NCBI GenBank assembly: GCA_965214835.1
Contig: CBDCCK010000002.1
Coordinates: 1,536,001-1,600,000, forward strand
Origin: Nitrosopumilaceae archaeon
GTDB taxonomy: Archaea > Thermoproteota > Nitrososphaeria > Nitrososphaerales > Nitrosopumilaceae
Direction of reading: 5' to 3'
DNA length: 64,000 nt
Shown here: positions 63,846-64,000 of the stretch, one piece after another
Layout: every line of letters begins with the position of its first letter
Numbering within the stretch: position 1 is the first letter of the stretch
Notes under the pieces: generated by a model
Database searches by the model: none
The model's input: the letters and a program-made list of their open reading frames with translations, nothing else
Told to the model about the DNA's origin: nothing
Position numbers and translations under genes: made by a program

Positions 63846-64000
63846 GAGGATCGTAATGGTGGGAATACCGGGGGTCGGAAAGACAACCCTGGTCTCGACC
63901 ATTGCAGAGACCCTGAACAGGAACAACCACAGCGTCAGCGTCCACAGCTTTGGAACCATAATGTTTGAGGAGGCCAAAAAAGACGGCGTGACCAACAGGG
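63832..64000 (+). CDS. adk: Adenylate kinase, 3'-truncated by the window edge
   Basis: TTG start MAESKRIVMVGIPGVGKTT (P-loop), in the canonical position after secY. Confidence 0.88.
   Translation, partial: MAESKRIVMVGIPGVGKTTLVSTIAETLNRNNHSVSVHSFGTIMFEEAKKDGVTNR

Overview
Segment of an archaeal genome, most likely an ammonia-oxidising Nitrosopumilaceae (Nitrososphaerota/Thaumarchaeota). Markers are an archaeal histone, a Nitrosopumilus SlaA-like S-layer sequence, CFI-box-CTERM tails, and the block pfdA-ftsY-argF-rpl18-rps5-rpl30-rpl15-secY-adk. High GC, giant repeat proteins and IS density suggest a host-associated (e.g. sponge) lineage, which is inference. The left half holds two paralogous giant surface proteins with near-identical 3-kb 3' ends; the complete one is 4868 aa, with seven 7-bladed LVIVD-type propellers on Ig/cadherin-like stalks. 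Between them lie an AT-rich three-gene operon (COMMD-like protein, DUF5678-like protein, retropepsin-like protease), histone/TatD, a hicBA module hit by an IS66, and an IS110. The middle has a wHTH regulator/four-CHRD-domain cluster, thiL, a phosphomannomutase, tRNA-Thr and tRNA-Cys. It also has an S-layer-protein fragment sandwiched between two cupredoxin domains, whose signal peptide is out of frame at a G10 tract. The stretch 48.6-57 kb is an IS graveyard (IS66, IS6, IS630). At least four families of 40-120 bp IS66-type MITEs are scattered through intergenic DNA. All family assignments come from motif recognition by eye; no database search was run.
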